A stretch of DNA of 44,964 bases from Candidatus Dadabacteria bacterium UBA1144 (GCA_905181755.1 CAJIYY010000024.1:1-44964), one strand, 5' to 3'; counted from the stretch's first letter, positions 27,157-37,531 are shown. Numbers and translations are program-made. The notes: generated by a model not told the origin, from the letters alone.

Positions 27157-27717
27157 ATGGCTAAAAAAATGCGTATATCAAAAGTTTATACAAAGTTTGG
27201 TGACAAAGGTGAGACAATGCTTGTTGGTGGCGAAGTGGTTTCGAAGAGCTCTACAAGGGTCGCTTCATATGGCGAAATTGATGAGCTAAACTCAGCACTA
27301 GGAGTTGCTCAAGCAAACAAGATGTCAGATGATGTAAAAAAAATTATTACTATGGTTCAAAATGATTTGTTTATAATTGGGGCCGATCTAGCCTCAACAA
27401 AGAATACAAAAGTTCCAAGAATAAAAAAAACCAAAGTAAACAAGATAGAAAGAGTTATTGATAAATACAATTTAAAAGTTGGTCCTCTTAAAGAGTTCAT
27501 TCTTCCTTCGGGCTGTATTGCTGGAGCGAGCCTTCATTTGGCTAGAACAATATGCAGAAGGGCTGAAAGAAATATTGTTGCACTAGTAGACGTCGAGTGG
27601 GTAAATCCAAACGTATTAATCTATATTAATAGACTTTCTGATTTACTTTTTGTGTTAGCTAGAAATGAAAACAAAATAAGCCATGAGGGCGAAGTTTATG
27701 TTAATTTTAGAAAATGA
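27157..27717 (+). CDS. ATP:cob(I)alamin adenosyltransferase, PduO type
   Basis: VYTKFGDKGETML N-terminus, LNSALG, LFIIGADLA and ARTICRRAER are characteristic PduO-type blocks. Confidence 0.85.
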   Translation: MAKKMRISKVYTKFGDKGETMLVGGEVVSKSSTRVASYGEIDELNSALGVAQANKMSDDVKKIITMVQNDLFIIGADLASTKNTKVPRIKKTKVNKIERVIDKYNLKVGPLKEFILPSGCIAGASLHLARTICRRAERNIVALVDVEWVNPNVLIYINRLSDLLFVLARNENKISHEGEVYVNFRK

Positions 27718-30251
27718 CAAGTAATTTTACTACTAAGTTTCAAGCTATTTATGGTGAAATTAAAGACTCCCATCTATCTAAAGAAAATTCTGGAACGCAC
27801 GTTGTTAACAACTACTCTAACCAAATAGATAAGCTTATTTCATCTGAACTAAATATTAAGTATAAGAATAAAGGTATTGCCATTTTGGCTCTTGGAGGCT
27901 ATGGAAGAAGGGAGCTGTGCTTAAAGTCCGATATAGATATTCTTATATTATATGAAAAAACAAAACAAACTGAAGCCAAGGCTATTGGGGAAAATATATT
28001 ATATAAACTTTGGGATACCGGCCTAGAAATAGGGAACTCCATGAGAACAATCGAAGACTGCCTAGAGCTTGCAAGTACTCAAGATTCAACAATATTGACA
28101 TCACTTTTAGACTTAAGAGCAATTGCAGGAGATTCACTTCTACATATGAAGCTTCAAAATGATATCAATAGAAAATTGCTTCCAAATATTTCTCAAAACT
28201 TTATAAATGAGAAAATATTAGAAAGGAAAAAAAGGCACTTAAAATATGGCTCACCAAGCTATTTAACAGAGCCCGACATAAAGGAAGGAAGAGGTTGTCT
28301 TAGGGACATACATTCTATATTCTGGATTTTAAAAGCATTTCATTCCCAAATCGAGATTAATAAATTTCTAGGTGGTGGTTTTTTAAATAAGTATGAATTA
28401 AAGACAATAAATGAATCACTAAACTTTCTTTTAACAATTAGAAACCACTTACACATAAACAAGAAGAGTGAGATCGACATTGTCGACTTTAAATCTCAAA
28501 TTGAAGTAGCAGACTTTTTTAGAATAAAAAATGAATCTTTTTTAACCAAAGAAACTCTTTTTATGAAAAGACTATATGGGAATATAAATAAGGTTGAGGA
28601 ATTAACTGACAAAATAATAGAAAAAACTATAAGTAAAAAGGTGTTCTCTTCTAAAAGAATTCAGAATCTTAACGATTTTTTTATTATTCACAGAGGGAAG
28701 CTAAGAGCGATAAACCCAAGCATCTTGTTCAAAAACACAAGGAATATTTTAAAAGCATTTGAATATTCTGCGGCACATGATGCGGAGATATCAGACGATG
28801 TTCTGAAAGAAATGAGAAAAGTAAAAGTAAATAAATTTTCAAAATTAGAGATTAAGACATTAAATCTTCACTTTGTAGAAATTCTAAAAAAAGGTAAAAA
28901 TATTTACAAGATTCTTTCTAGTCTAAATAAAAACAATATTTTATCTTTTCTAATCAAAGAATTTGAAACTATAAAAGATCTTCCGTTGGCTGACCCATCT
29001 CACATTTATACTGTAGATGTTCATTCTATTTTACTTGTTAAAGAATTTGAAAAGCTTATTAGCGGATCATATAAGAAAGAATTTCCATTTGAAACCTCTG
29101 TGGCACTTAAGCTTAAGAAAAAGGAAATTTTCTATCTAACTTGTCTACTGCATGATATTGGAAAAGGATACGGCAACAGTCATGCACAAAGAGGAGCAGA
29201 TATTGCAAAAGAAGTATGTAAAAACCTTAAGTGTGAGGATGAAACAGCCCAAAAGGTTGAGTTCTTAATTCGAGAACACCTATTAATGTCTAACTATTCT
29301 CAGAAAAGAGACCTTGATGACCAGCAGCTAATAAAAGAATTTAAAGAAAGAATTAAGTCTCAGGAAAAGCTTCAATATCTATTTGTTCTAACTTTTTGTG
29401 ACCTAAGAAGTGTAGCGCCTGATGTATGGTCAACATGGAAAGGAAACCTTTTATCTCAGTTATTTAAAAAGGCTGATAGCCTTTTTAAAAAATCTAAATC
29501 GAAACAACAAACTTCTTTACATAAAAACAGCAAAAGGGACATGGTGTTTAAGTCGATAGATGAAGGGGCATTTAAAAAAGTAGCTGGAAACTCTTTTGCA
29601 ACATACTTTAATACTTATAAAGAAGATGAGCTTAAATATCAGATAAAGATCTTAATGAATCAGGCGAGTGATGTTTCTCTACAGATAAGATACAGCCAAA
29701 AGAATAATTTTGACCATGTCACTATTTGGTCAAAGAAAGAAAAAATCGGTTTTGCAGAAATCTGCGGCAAGCTTTCTTCGGCTAGTATAAATATTTACTC
29801 GGGTAGAATAACTTTTGTGAAAAAAAATCTTGCACTCTACACATTTGAAGTTAGCAGGTTTGGAAAGTCTACCTTTAGAGACAGAGGTCTATGGCGAACC
29901 ATGCAACTTGAGCTCGAACAAGAAAAACTTGAGTTTGAAAAAAATAAAATTAATAAAAATATTAGTTCTGACTTTAAGGGTCCTAAAGTTGAAGCTAAGA
30001 TTAAAATTGACAATGTCTCTTCTAAAAATTTTACAATCATAGAAATTACTTCTAATGACAAGCCTGGTTTGCTTTACGAAATATCAAAAAATTTAAAAGA
30101 TGAAGGTTTGACAGTTGGCTTAGTTAAAATCTCAACAAGACGTGGGTCGGTAGACGATTCTTTTTATGTAAAAAAAGTTACTGGAAAAAAGTTGACTACA
30201 GTCGATGATATTCAATCAGTCAAAGAAAGTTTAAAAAGAGTACTCTCATGA
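27714..30251 (+). CDS. glnD: [Protein-PII] uridylyltransferase / uridylyl-removing enzyme
   Basis: Nucleotidyltransferase motif ALGGYGRRELCLKSDIDILIL, HD domain (CLLHDIGKG), and two C-terminal ACT-like repeats; 845 aa. Makes a 4-nt overlap with both neighbours. Confidence 0.85.
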   Translation: MTSNFTTKFQAIYGEIKDSHLSKENSGTHVVNNYSNQIDKLISSELNIKYKNKGIAILALGGYGRRELCLKSDIDILILYEKTKQTEAKAIGENILYKLWDTGLEIGNSMRTIEDCLELASTQDSTILTSLLDLRAIAGDSLLHMKLQNDINRKLLPNISQNFINEKILERKKRHLKYGSPSYLTEPDIKEGRGCLRDIHSIFWILKAFHSQIEINKFLGGGFLNKYELKTINESLNFLLTIRNHLHINKKSEIDIVDFKSQIEVADFFRIKNESFLTKETLFMKRLYGNINKVEELTDKIIEKTISKKVFSSKRIQNLNDFFIIHRGKLRAINPSILFKNTRNILKAFEYSAAHDAEISDDVLKEMRKVKVNKFSKLEIKTLNLHFVEILKKGKNIYKILSSLNKNNILSFLIKEFETIKDLPLADPSHIYTVDVHSILLVKEFEKLISGSYKKEFPFETSVALKLKKKEIFYLTCLLHDIGKGYGNSHAQRGADIAKEVCKNLKCEDETAQKVEFLIREHLLMSNYSQKRDLDDQQLIKEFKERIKSQEKLQYLFVLTFCDLRSVAPDVWSTWKGNLLSQLFKKADSLFKKSKSKQQTSLHKNSKRDMVFKSIDEGAFKKVAGNSFATYFNTYKEDELKYQIKILMNQASDVSLQIRYSQKNNFDHVTIWSKKEKIGFAEICGKLSSASINIYSGRITFVKKNLALYTFEVSRFGKSTFRDRGLWRTMQLELEQEKLEFEKNKINKNISSDFKGPKVEAKIKIDNVSSKNFTIIEITSNDKPGLLYEISKNLKDEGLTVGLVKISTRRGSVDDSFYVKKVTGKKLTTVDDIQSVKESLKRVLS

Positions 30252-31855
30252 ACAAGTCCAAAATTCAGGAAATGGAAACAGATTTTCTAATAATTGGATC
30301 AGGATTGTCTGGCCTTTATGCGGCTATATATGCCTCGAACTTTGGAAAAGTTTCATTAATCACAAAATCTTCTATTCAGGAAAGTAATTCGTACTGGGCT
30401 CAAGGTGGAATAGCTGCTGCAATAAATGATGATGACTCAATTGAAATCCACAAACAAGACACCTTGTCAGTGGGTTGTGGTCTGAATAACGTGGGGGCTG
30501 TCGACGTCATGGTCTCAGAAGGCACAAAAAGAGTCCTTGAGCTAATAGAACAAGGAATGGAGTTTGATCGTGTTGAATCTGGCTTTGACTTTGGAATTGA
30601 AGGAGGTCATAGCAGAAGAAGGATTTTGCACGCCCTTGGTAACGAAACAGGGAAGGCTGTTGTAGACTTCTTATGCAAAGAAGTTCAAAAAAACAATAAA
30701 ATATCAATTTATGAGAATTCTTTTGTAATAGATTTGTTTTCAAACTCTAAAACTTGCTTTGGATGCCTTCTTTTCTCTGACAAGAAAAAAAACAAGATTA
30801 GCATCCACTCAAAAGCAACAATACTAGCAACTGGGGGAGGCTGTGGTCTATATTCTCAGTCATCTAATCCATCAAGCACCTCGGGTGATGGAATAGCCTT
30901 GGGCCTAAATGCGGGTGCAACAGTAAGAGATATGGAGTTTATACAGTTTCATCCAACAGTTTTTTCAAAAGATGGTGCACAGAACTTTCTTATATCAGAG
31001 GCAATCAGAGGAGAAGGTGGCCAACTAGTTAATCATTCCAAAGTTAGATTTATGGAAAACTACTCTAAGCAATTAGAGCTTGCGCCTCGAGATGTTGTTG
31101 CCAAAGCAATATTTAACGAAATGAGAACAAACGGGGAAAAGAATGTCTTTCTATCTTTAAAACATCTCAAATCAAGCTTAATCAAGAACAGGTTCAAAAA
31201 TACATTTGAACTATGTCTAAGAGAGGGATTAGATATAACAAAAGATGATATTCCAGTTTCGCCTGCAGCACACTACATGATCGGTGGAGTTAAAACTAAT
31301 ACTTTCTCTGAAACCAACATTAAGAATCTCTACGCTTGCGGAGAAGTTGCTTGTGCTGGTGCGCATGGTGCAAACAGATTGGCAAGCAACTCACTTCTTG
31401 AATGCCTGGTGTTTGCAAAAAGAGCCGTAGATTCTGCGCTAAGGCTATCAAAAAAACTAGAACAAATTCCACCAAACCTAATAGAAAAGGCAAAAAAATG
31501 CTCCCTTATTTCTTCTGATAAAAAGGTTGAAAGATATCTGAGCTATAGAATATCGCTCTCACAAATTATCAACAACTACGTTGGAATACTAAGAAACAAA
31601 AAAGACTTACTCCTTGCACTAAATGAAATTTCCTCTATAAAGAGAACAAATTTAGACGAATTTGACCTAATTGACAAAAGACTTATGAACCTAAAAAGCC
31701 TAACCTATTTGATTACTAAGTCTGCACTCCTTAGAGAAGAGTCAAGAGGGTCACATGTACGAGAAGACTTTTCAACTCAATCAGCGAAGTGGATAAAGCA
31801 CATAAGCTGGAAGCTTAATGATGGAACCTTGAGATTTTCTTATTCAAAACAGTAA
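30248..31855 (+). CDS. nadB: L-aspartate oxidase
   Basis: FAD motif DFLIIGSGLSGL, plus AQGGIAA, HPT, RGEGG, GANRLASNSLLE and RGSHVRED. Confidence 0.9.
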   Translation: MNKSKIQEMETDFLIIGSGLSGLYAAIYASNFGKVSLITKSSIQESNSYWAQGGIAAAINDDDSIEIHKQDTLSVGCGLNNVGAVDVMVSEGTKRVLELIEQGMEFDRVESGFDFGIEGGHSRRRILHALGNETGKAVVDFLCKEVQKNNKISIYENSFVIDLFSNSKTCFGCLLFSDKKKNKISIHSKATILATGGGCGLYSQSSNPSSTSGDGIALGLNAGATVRDMEFIQFHPTVFSKDGAQNFLISEAIRGEGGQLVNHSKVRFMENYSKQLELAPRDVVAKAIFNEMRTNGEKNVFLSLKHLKSSLIKNRFKNTFELCLREGLDITKDDIPVSPAAHYMIGGVKTNTFSETNIKNLYACGEVACAGAHGANRLASNSLLECLVFAKRAVDSALRLSKKLEQIPPNLIEKAKKCSLISSDKKVERYLSYRISLSQIINNYVGILRNKKDLLLALNEISSIKRTNLDEFDLIDKRLMNLKSLTYLITKSALLREESRGSHVREDFSTQSAKWIKHISWKLNDGTLRFSYSKQ

Positions 31856-31871
31856 ATTATATTCATTTTCA

Positions 31872-31899
31872 TTGTATTAAATAAAAAAAATGCTATAAT
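31872..31899 (+). promoter_or_regulatory. Putative sigma70-type promoter with extended -10 upstream of korA
   Basis: TTGTAT (31872-31877), 16-nt spacer, TGcTATAAT (-10 at 31894-31899), about 80 nt upstream of the korA ATG. The AT-rich background lowers specificity. Confidence 0.4.
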
Positions 31900-31979
31900 T
31901 TTTTGCGGTGCATTCCAGTTCTGTATTTACTGAAAGTACTCTATAGATAATTTATATTTTAGCTTAAAGGTGAAGTTTA

Positions 31980-33839
31980 ATGGCTGTTGAAAAACAATTA
32001 GAAGAACTAGAAATGGTCACTGTCAAATTTGCTGGTGACTCAGGGGACGGGATACAAATTACAGGGGATCAATTTGGTAATACAACTGCTATTGCCGGAA
32101 ATGATTTTTCTACATTTCCAGATTTTCCTTCAGAAATTCGTGCTCCTCTTGGAACAACATATGGAGTATCCTCATATCAAATACAATTTGCATCTAAAGA
32201 CATATATACACCTGGAGACACTCCTGACGTACTTGTCTGTTTTAATCCTGCTGCTTTAAAAGTTAACATGGGAACAGTCAATAAAGGTGGAATAATCGTA
32301 GTCAACGAAGATGAGTTTGTAGAAAAGAACCTTAAAAAGGCTGGGTTTGAATCTAACCCGCTAGACCCTAACGATACGACACTTCAAGACTTCAGGGTTC
32401 ACAAAATTCCCATAACAACTCTTACCTTAAAAGCTTTAGAGGATATGAAAGACTTTGGTCATGCCGACAAACTTAGGTGCAAGAACTTTTTGGCACTAGG
32501 TGTAGTCTCCTGGCTATTCCAAAGACCTTTAGAGCCAATTGAAAAATTTTTAAAGAAAAAGTTTGGTAAAAAGCCACCAATTTTAGAAGCCAACACTAGG
32601 GTCCTACATGCTGGTTACAACATGTGTGACACTATGGAAATTTTCCCAATAATGTATAAAATTCCTCCTGCAAAGCTAGAGCCCGGAACTTACAGAAATA
32701 TTAATGGTGCGTTGGCAACTTCATATGGCCTTTTAGCTGCTGCAGAAAAAATAGAGCTACCAATTGTTTATGCGGGGTATCCGATAACACCTGCAAGTGA
32801 AGTTCTTCATACTCTTGCTGCGCTAAAGCAATTTGATGTAGCAGCAATACAAACAGAAGATGAAATTGCCGCCGTAACAATGGCCCTTGGGGCATCTTAT
32901 GGTGGATCTTTGGGCATAACAGGAAGCTCGGGACCTGGGATTGCATTAAAAATTGAGGCTATTAACTTGGCTGTAATGACCGAACTACCTCTAATAATAT
33001 TCAATTTTATGAGATCTGGAATCTCAACGGGTATGCCTACTAAAACCGAGCAAGGAGATCTTGCAATGGCACTTTTTGGGCGTCCTTCTGATTCTCATTT
33101 AATAGTTTTGGCTCCTGAATCTGCCTCCGACTGTTTTTGGATTTCGATTGAAGCAGTAAGGCTGGCAACTAAATACATGACCCCAGTGATGGTTCTTTCG
33201 GAAGGCTTCTTGATAAACGCATCTGAGCCGTGGAAGCTCCCTGATTTAGATACGATACCAGAAATGAAAGCTTCTTTTAGAACAGACCCTAAAGACTATC
33301 TTCCTTATAAAAGAAACAAAGATACTCTTGCCCGCGACTGGGTAAGAATAGGGACTAAAGGCTTAGAGCACACAATCGGTGGGCTAGAAAAAATTAACGA
33401 AACGGGAGAAATTTCTCAAGATCCTGAAAACCACGACCTTATGACTAGGATAAGAGCTGAAAAAGTTGAAAGAGTTCAAAACGATATTCCAGACCTTGAA
33501 GTATTGGGAGACAAAGACGCCGACCTTCTTCTTGTGGGCTGGGGAAGCTCTATTGGCAGCATGAGGGCATCTGCAGAAGTAATTGCAAAAAGCGGGAAAA
33601 AGGTGGCGATTATAAACCTAAGATATTTAAATCCTTTTCCTAAAAATCTTGAAGAAATCTTAAGAAGCTATAAAAAAGTAGCTGTAGTTGAATTAAACTT
33701 AGGTCAACTGAATATGATTATAAGGTCTAAATTTATGATTGACACCTCATTCCTAGGAAGAGTTACTGGGCAACCAATTTCTGTGGTTGAGATGGTAGAT
33801 TTTATTAATAATGAGTTAGACTTATTAAAAGAACATTAA
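31980..33839 (+). CDS. korA: 2-oxoglutarate/2-oxoacid:ferredoxin oxidoreductase, fused alpha(gamma) subunit
   Basis: 619-aa OFOR alpha-type protein: FAGDSGDGIQ N-terminus (gamma-like domain), GYPITPASE, and SGPGIALK. Confidence 0.8.
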   Translation: MAVEKQLEELEMVTVKFAGDSGDGIQITGDQFGNTTAIAGNDFSTFPDFPSEIRAPLGTTYGVSSYQIQFASKDIYTPGDTPDVLVCFNPAALKVNMGTVNKGGIIVVNEDEFVEKNLKKAGFESNPLDPNDTTLQDFRVHKIPITTLTLKALEDMKDFGHADKLRCKNFLALGVVSWLFQRPLEPIEKFLKKKFGKKPPILEANTRVLHAGYNMCDTMEIFPIMYKIPPAKLEPGTYRNINGALATSYGLLAAAEKIELPIVYAGYPITPASEVLHTLAALKQFDVAAIQTEDEIAAVTMALGASYGGSLGITGSSGPGIALKIEAINLAVMTELPLIIFNFMRSGISTGMPTKTEQGDLAMALFGRPSDSHLIVLAPESASDCFWISIEAVRLATKYMTPVMVLSEGFLINASEPWKLPDLDTIPEMKASFRTDPKDYLPYKRNKDTLARDWVRIGTKGLEHTIGGLEKINETGEISQDPENHDLMTRIRAEKVERVQNDIPDLEVLGDKDADLLLVGWGSSIGSMRASAEVIAKSGKKVAIINLRYLNPFPKNLEEILRSYKKVAVVELNLGQLNMIIRSKFMIDTSFLGRVTGQPISVVEMVDFINNELDLLKEH

Positions 33840-33860
33840 CTAACAAACAAGGGAGCTTAT

Positions 33861-34874
33861 ATGAGTACTACCGCTGAAACAATTAAATACAAAGCTAATG
33901 ATTTTAAATCAACTGCTGAGCCAAGATGGTGTCCTGGATGCGAAGATTATGCTATATTGAAAGCTGTTCAAACTGCTATGGCTCAAATTGGGAGACCTAG
34001 CAACGAGCATGCAGTTGTTTCAGGAATTGGTTGCTCATCTCGTTTTCCTTACTATATGGGAACTTACGGCTTTCATACTATTCACGGAAGACCTCTGCCT
34101 ATTGCCACAGGACTAAAGATATCTAACCCTGAACTTGCTGTATGGGTTGTTACAGGCGACGGGGACGGTATTTCGATTGGTGGAAATCATTTAATGCATG
34201 CACTTAGGAGAAATGCCGACATAACTATACTCCTTTTTGATAACAGAATTTATGGATTAACCAAAGGTCAATACTCGCCAACAAGTGAAAAGGGTAAAAT
34301 AAATAAAACTGCTCCTTATGGAACAATCGAAGAGCCAGCAGATCCAACGGGGCTAGCAATAGAATGCGGAGCATCCTTTGTTGCCCAAATTTCTGCGACC
34401 TACGTTAAAGAGCTCGTTAATGTTTTAGTTGAAGCATACAACCACAAAGGAACATCTTTTGTCCATATATATCAAAACTGCTACATATATAACAATGGAG
34501 CATTTGATGGATTTACAGAAAGGTCTATCCGAGACGACAACAATATTAAAGTTGAGCATCAAAAACCTCTTGTTTTTGGAGAAAAGAACAATAAAGGTCT
34601 AGTTATGGGTTATGGCAAACTTGAGATAGTAGAGTTTGAACCAGAAAATGTTCCTGACAGCGTTATCATTTATGATGAAACAGATTTATCACTTGTTAGA
34701 ATGATTTCCGATATGAAGTTTCCTGAATTTCCTGTTCCAATGGGTGTTATCAAAAGAGTAAAGAGCCCAACTTTTGACGACGCAATTCATGAACAAATTG
34801 AATCGGCAAAGACAAAATTTAAGCCTGATTTAGAGAAACTTATTTCATCTGGAGATACTTGGGAAGTTAAATAG
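33861..34874 (+). CDS. korB: 2-oxoglutarate/2-oxoacid:ferredoxin oxidoreductase, beta (TPP-binding) subunit
   Basis: PRWCPGCEDYAIL, GIGCSSRF, and the TPP loop TGDGDGISIGGNH..N..YGLTKGQ. Confidence 0.85.
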   Translation: MSTTAETIKYKANDFKSTAEPRWCPGCEDYAILKAVQTAMAQIGRPSNEHAVVSGIGCSSRFPYYMGTYGFHTIHGRPLPIATGLKISNPELAVWVVTGDGDGISIGGNHLMHALRRNADITILLFDNRIYGLTKGQYSPTSEKGKINKTAPYGTIEEPADPTGLAIECGASFVAQISATYVKELVNVLVEAYNHKGTSFVHIYQNCYIYNNGAFDGFTERSIRDDNNIKVEHQKPLVFGEKNNKGLVMGYGKLEIVEFEPENVPDSVIIYDETDLSLVRMISDMKFPEFPVPMGVIKRVKSPTFDDAIHEQIESAKTKFKPDLEKLISSGDTWEVK

Positions 34875-34879
34875 GCTTA

Positions 34880-35722
34880 ATGAATAGCGCTTTAAAAAGA
34901 AGTGTTAAAACAATTCTAAAATCTTCTATCGAGGAAGATAAAACCTTTTTTGATATAACCAGCAAGTCCTTACTAGACTCTTCTCCTTTAAGGTGCGAGC
35001 TACTTTTTAAGGAAAATGGAATTCTTTGCGGTACAAAGATAATCGAATACGCTATAAAAAGCTTTAATAAGAAAATCAATATTAGTTGGGACTTTAACGA
35101 AGGTGACTACATTAAGAATAAAAACAAAGTTGGCACCATTGTTGGCCCTGCAAATCTAGTACTTTCATTTGAAAGAATACTTTTAAATTTTTTACAAAAG
35201 ACTTGTGGCATCGCAACAACAACCTTTGATTTATCTAGGGCTATAAAAAATAAAAAAATTAAACTTTTAGATACCAGAAAAACCACCCCTGGGTGGAGGC
35301 TAATAGAGAAATACTGCGTAGTGGTAGGTGGTGGAGAAAACCATAGAATGAACTTGTCTGAATTAATTTTAATAAAAGATAATCACATATTGGCTTGTGG
35401 AAACCTAAATTCCGCTATGACAAAAATTATCAAAAAAAGAATTAAGGCTCCTATAGAGGTTGAAGTAAAGTTCTTAAATCAGGTAGAAGAGGCTTTAAAG
35501 TTTAAAATAAAAAGGATTATGTTGGACAACTTTTCAATATCAAATATTAAGAAAGCCATTTTAATGATTAGAAAATCCCCTGGAGTGGAAATTGAGGTTT
35601 CAGGAGGAATCGATAAAACAAAAATAAAAAATATTTCTCATCTTGATATTGACTATATTTCTGTTGGAGCCCTTACCCACTCATCACCTTCAATCGATAT
35701 TTCCATGAATGTGTTAAAATAA
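34880..35722 (+). CDS. nadC: Nicotinate-nucleotide pyrophosphorylase (quinolinate phosphoribosyltransferase)
   Basis: DTRKTTPGWRLIEKYCVVVGGGENHRMNLSELILIKDNH and a C-terminal SVGALTHS. Confidence 0.9.
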   Translation: MNSALKRSVKTILKSSIEEDKTFFDITSKSLLDSSPLRCELLFKENGILCGTKIIEYAIKSFNKKINISWDFNEGDYIKNKNKVGTIVGPANLVLSFERILLNFLQKTCGIATTTFDLSRAIKNKKIKLLDTRKTTPGWRLIEKYCVVVGGGENHRMNLSELILIKDNHILACGNLNSAMTKIIKKRIKAPIEVEVKFLNQVEEALKFKIKRIMLDNFSISNIKKAILMIRKSPGVEIEVSGGIDKTKIKNISHLDIDYISVGALTHSSPSIDISMNVLK

Positions 35723-35725
35723 ATC

Positions 35726-36661
35726 ATGAACTTAAATACGCTAAAACAAATATCAGAACTTAAGAAAGCTAAAAAAGCAGTTATCTTGGCTCATAATTAT
35801 CAGATACCAGAGATTCAAGATATAGCCGACTTTGTAGGTGACTCGCTAGGGCTTGCGAGGAAAGCTCTAGAAGTAGAGGCCGAAATAATAATTTTTTGTG
35901 GTGTCCACTTTATGGCAGAGACCGCCTCTATACTTTGCCCTAATAAAAAAATTCTTTTACCTGATCTTGATGCAGGATGCTCTCTCGCTGACTCCATAAA
36001 TGTATCTCAGCTGAAAGAATGGAAGTTAAAAAATCCTGGCGCTGTTGTTGTTTCATACGTTAACACAACAGCAGAAATTAAGGCTGAAAGCGACTACTGT
36101 TTTACATCATCAAATGCCGTAAAAATAGTTGAATCTATAGACAAAGAAAAGAAAATACTTTTTTTACCTGATATGTTTTTAGGTGCATATGTCCAGAAGA
36201 AAACTAAGCGAAAAATTGAAATTTGGCCTGGTGAATGTCATGTACATGCTGCAATGACTTATGAAGAAATAAAAAACCTTAGGGATGAATATGACAACAA
36301 CGAAGTCTTAATTCATCCTGAATGTGCATGTGGTTCTGAAGCAATGTATTACTCAGAAAAAAATAATGACAAGAACGTCCACTTTCTATCCACAGAAGCA
36401 ATGATGAATAAAGCTAAAGACTCAACTTCTGAAAATATTATTGTTGCAACCGAAACAGGGGTTATCCATAAGATGCAGAAAGCATCACCAGACAAAAACT
36501 TTATTCCAATTAACACCTCGGCTACATGCAAATATATGAAAATGATAACTGTTGAAAAAGTTCTAGAATCTTTAAAAACTGAAGGACCAGAGGTAAAAGT
36601 ATCAAGAGAGATAGCTATAAAAGCAAAGACAGCAATTGATAGAATGGTAGAAACAGGTTAA
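35726..36661 (+). CDS. nadA: Quinolinate synthase
   Basis: ILAHNYQIPEIQDIADFVGDSLGLA, VHFMAET, GECHVH and HPEC blocks; 311 aa. Confidence 0.92.
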   Translation: MNLNTLKQISELKKAKKAVILAHNYQIPEIQDIADFVGDSLGLARKALEVEAEIIIFCGVHFMAETASILCPNKKILLPDLDAGCSLADSINVSQLKEWKLKNPGAVVVSYVNTTAEIKAESDYCFTSSNAVKIVESIDKEKKILFLPDMFLGAYVQKKTKRKIEIWPGECHVHAAMTYEEIKNLRDEYDNNEVLIHPECACGSEAMYYSEKNNDKNVHFLSTEAMMNKAKDSTSENIIVATETGVIHKMQKASPDKNFIPINTSATCKYMKMITVEKVLESLKTEGPEVKVSREIAIKAKTAIDRMVETG

Positions 36662-36733
36662 TGGCCGTGGGAAGAATCGAACTTCCGACATACGCCTTAT
36701 GAGAGCGTCGCTCTACCCCTGAGCTACACGGCC
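36662..36733 (-). tRNA. tRNA with CAT anticodon (elongator tRNA-Met; a lysidine-modified tRNA-Ile2 cannot be excluded)
   Basis: The reverse complement folds as GGCCGTG-TA-GCTC-AGGGGTA-GAGC-G-ACGCT-CTCATAA-GGCGT-ATGTC-GGAAG-TTCGATT-CTTCC-CACGGCC-A. The 1:72 G-C pair and the lack of a GGG/CCC anticodon stem argue against an initiator. Confidence 0.88.
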
Positions 36734-36796
36734 GATGGATTTTGAGTTTATCATGTCACAAAAGAGTTTCAAGGAATGGTAGTCTAATTAATAGCA

Positions 36797-37531
36797 ATGG
36801 AATCCTATACTAGAAAAAAATACGCTAAAAGACGGAGGGTTGTTTTATTGCTGCTTTCAGCAATTTTTATCTCTTCTATGACAATGCTGAATCTCCTGGG
36901 CACATCTAGATTTCTGGATTTAAGCTTTAGCTTTTTTGGAGTTGAAATTCCTATGATTTTAGCCGTCGGTGTTCTTCCCTATCCGATAACATTTCTATGT
37001 ACCGATATAATATCTGAAGTTTATGGAGAAAAAAAAGCTTCTGAGCTCGTCTGGGCTGGACTAATCGTCAACCTATGGCTAGGAATAATTTTATGGCTAG
37101 GTGGGATAATTCCAAGCTATACAACAAGCAACCTGAGCATTGACTCAAATGATGCCTTTATGACAATTAGAGCGTTATCGCTGAGCACAATAACTGCGTC
37201 TATGGTGGCCTACTTTTTTGCTCAGTACTCAGATGTGAAAATATTTCATTTACTGAAAAAATACACTAAAGGGAAAAAACTATGGCTTAGAAATAATGTT
37301 TCTACAATGGTTGGACAGTTGATTGACACTGTGTGCGTTATCTCTATTACATACTTTTTATCAAAAACAATTCCAATTCCTGAGGGAAAAAGTGAGCTAG
37401 AAGGCTTATTTTTACTGATAATGTATGCGTATGTATTCAAATTTTTCATCGCTTTACTCGATACTCCGATCTTATATGGTGCTGTAAAATATTTAAAAAA
37501 ATATTTAGGAATTGCTGAAGACAATATCTAA
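36797..37531 (+). CDS. yhhQ: Queuosine-precursor transporter, YhhQ (DUF165) family
   Basis: Polytopic membrane protein with LPYPITFLCTDIISEVYG, and GQLIDT in the C-terminal half. Confidence 0.75.
   Translation: MESYTRKKYAKRRRVVLLLLSAIFISSMTMLNLLGTSRFLDLSFSFFGVEIPMILAVGVLPYPITFLCTDIISEVYGEKKASELVWAGLIVNLWLGIILWLGGIIPSYTTSNLSIDSNDAFMTIRALSLSTITASMVAYFFAQYSDVKIFHLLKKYTKGKKLWLRNNVSTMVGQLIDTVCVISITYFLSKTIPIPEGKSELEGLFLLIMYAYVFKFFIALLDTPILYGAVKYLKKYLGIAEDNI

Noticed and set aside
192-36733. Checked both tRNA genes as possible integration hotspots for genomic islands or prophage remnants.
   Set aside because: There is no integrase, no direct repeat of the tRNA 3' end and no phage or IS gene nearby. 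Both tRNAs are flanked by core housekeeping genes.
36734-36796. Looked for a preQ1 riboswitch upstream of the yhhQ-type queuosine-precursor transporter.
   Set aside because: The 63-nt region has no short P1 stem followed by the conserved C-containing loop and A-rich tail (AAAAAACUAA-like) of preQ1-I. Nothing resembles preQ1-II or III either.
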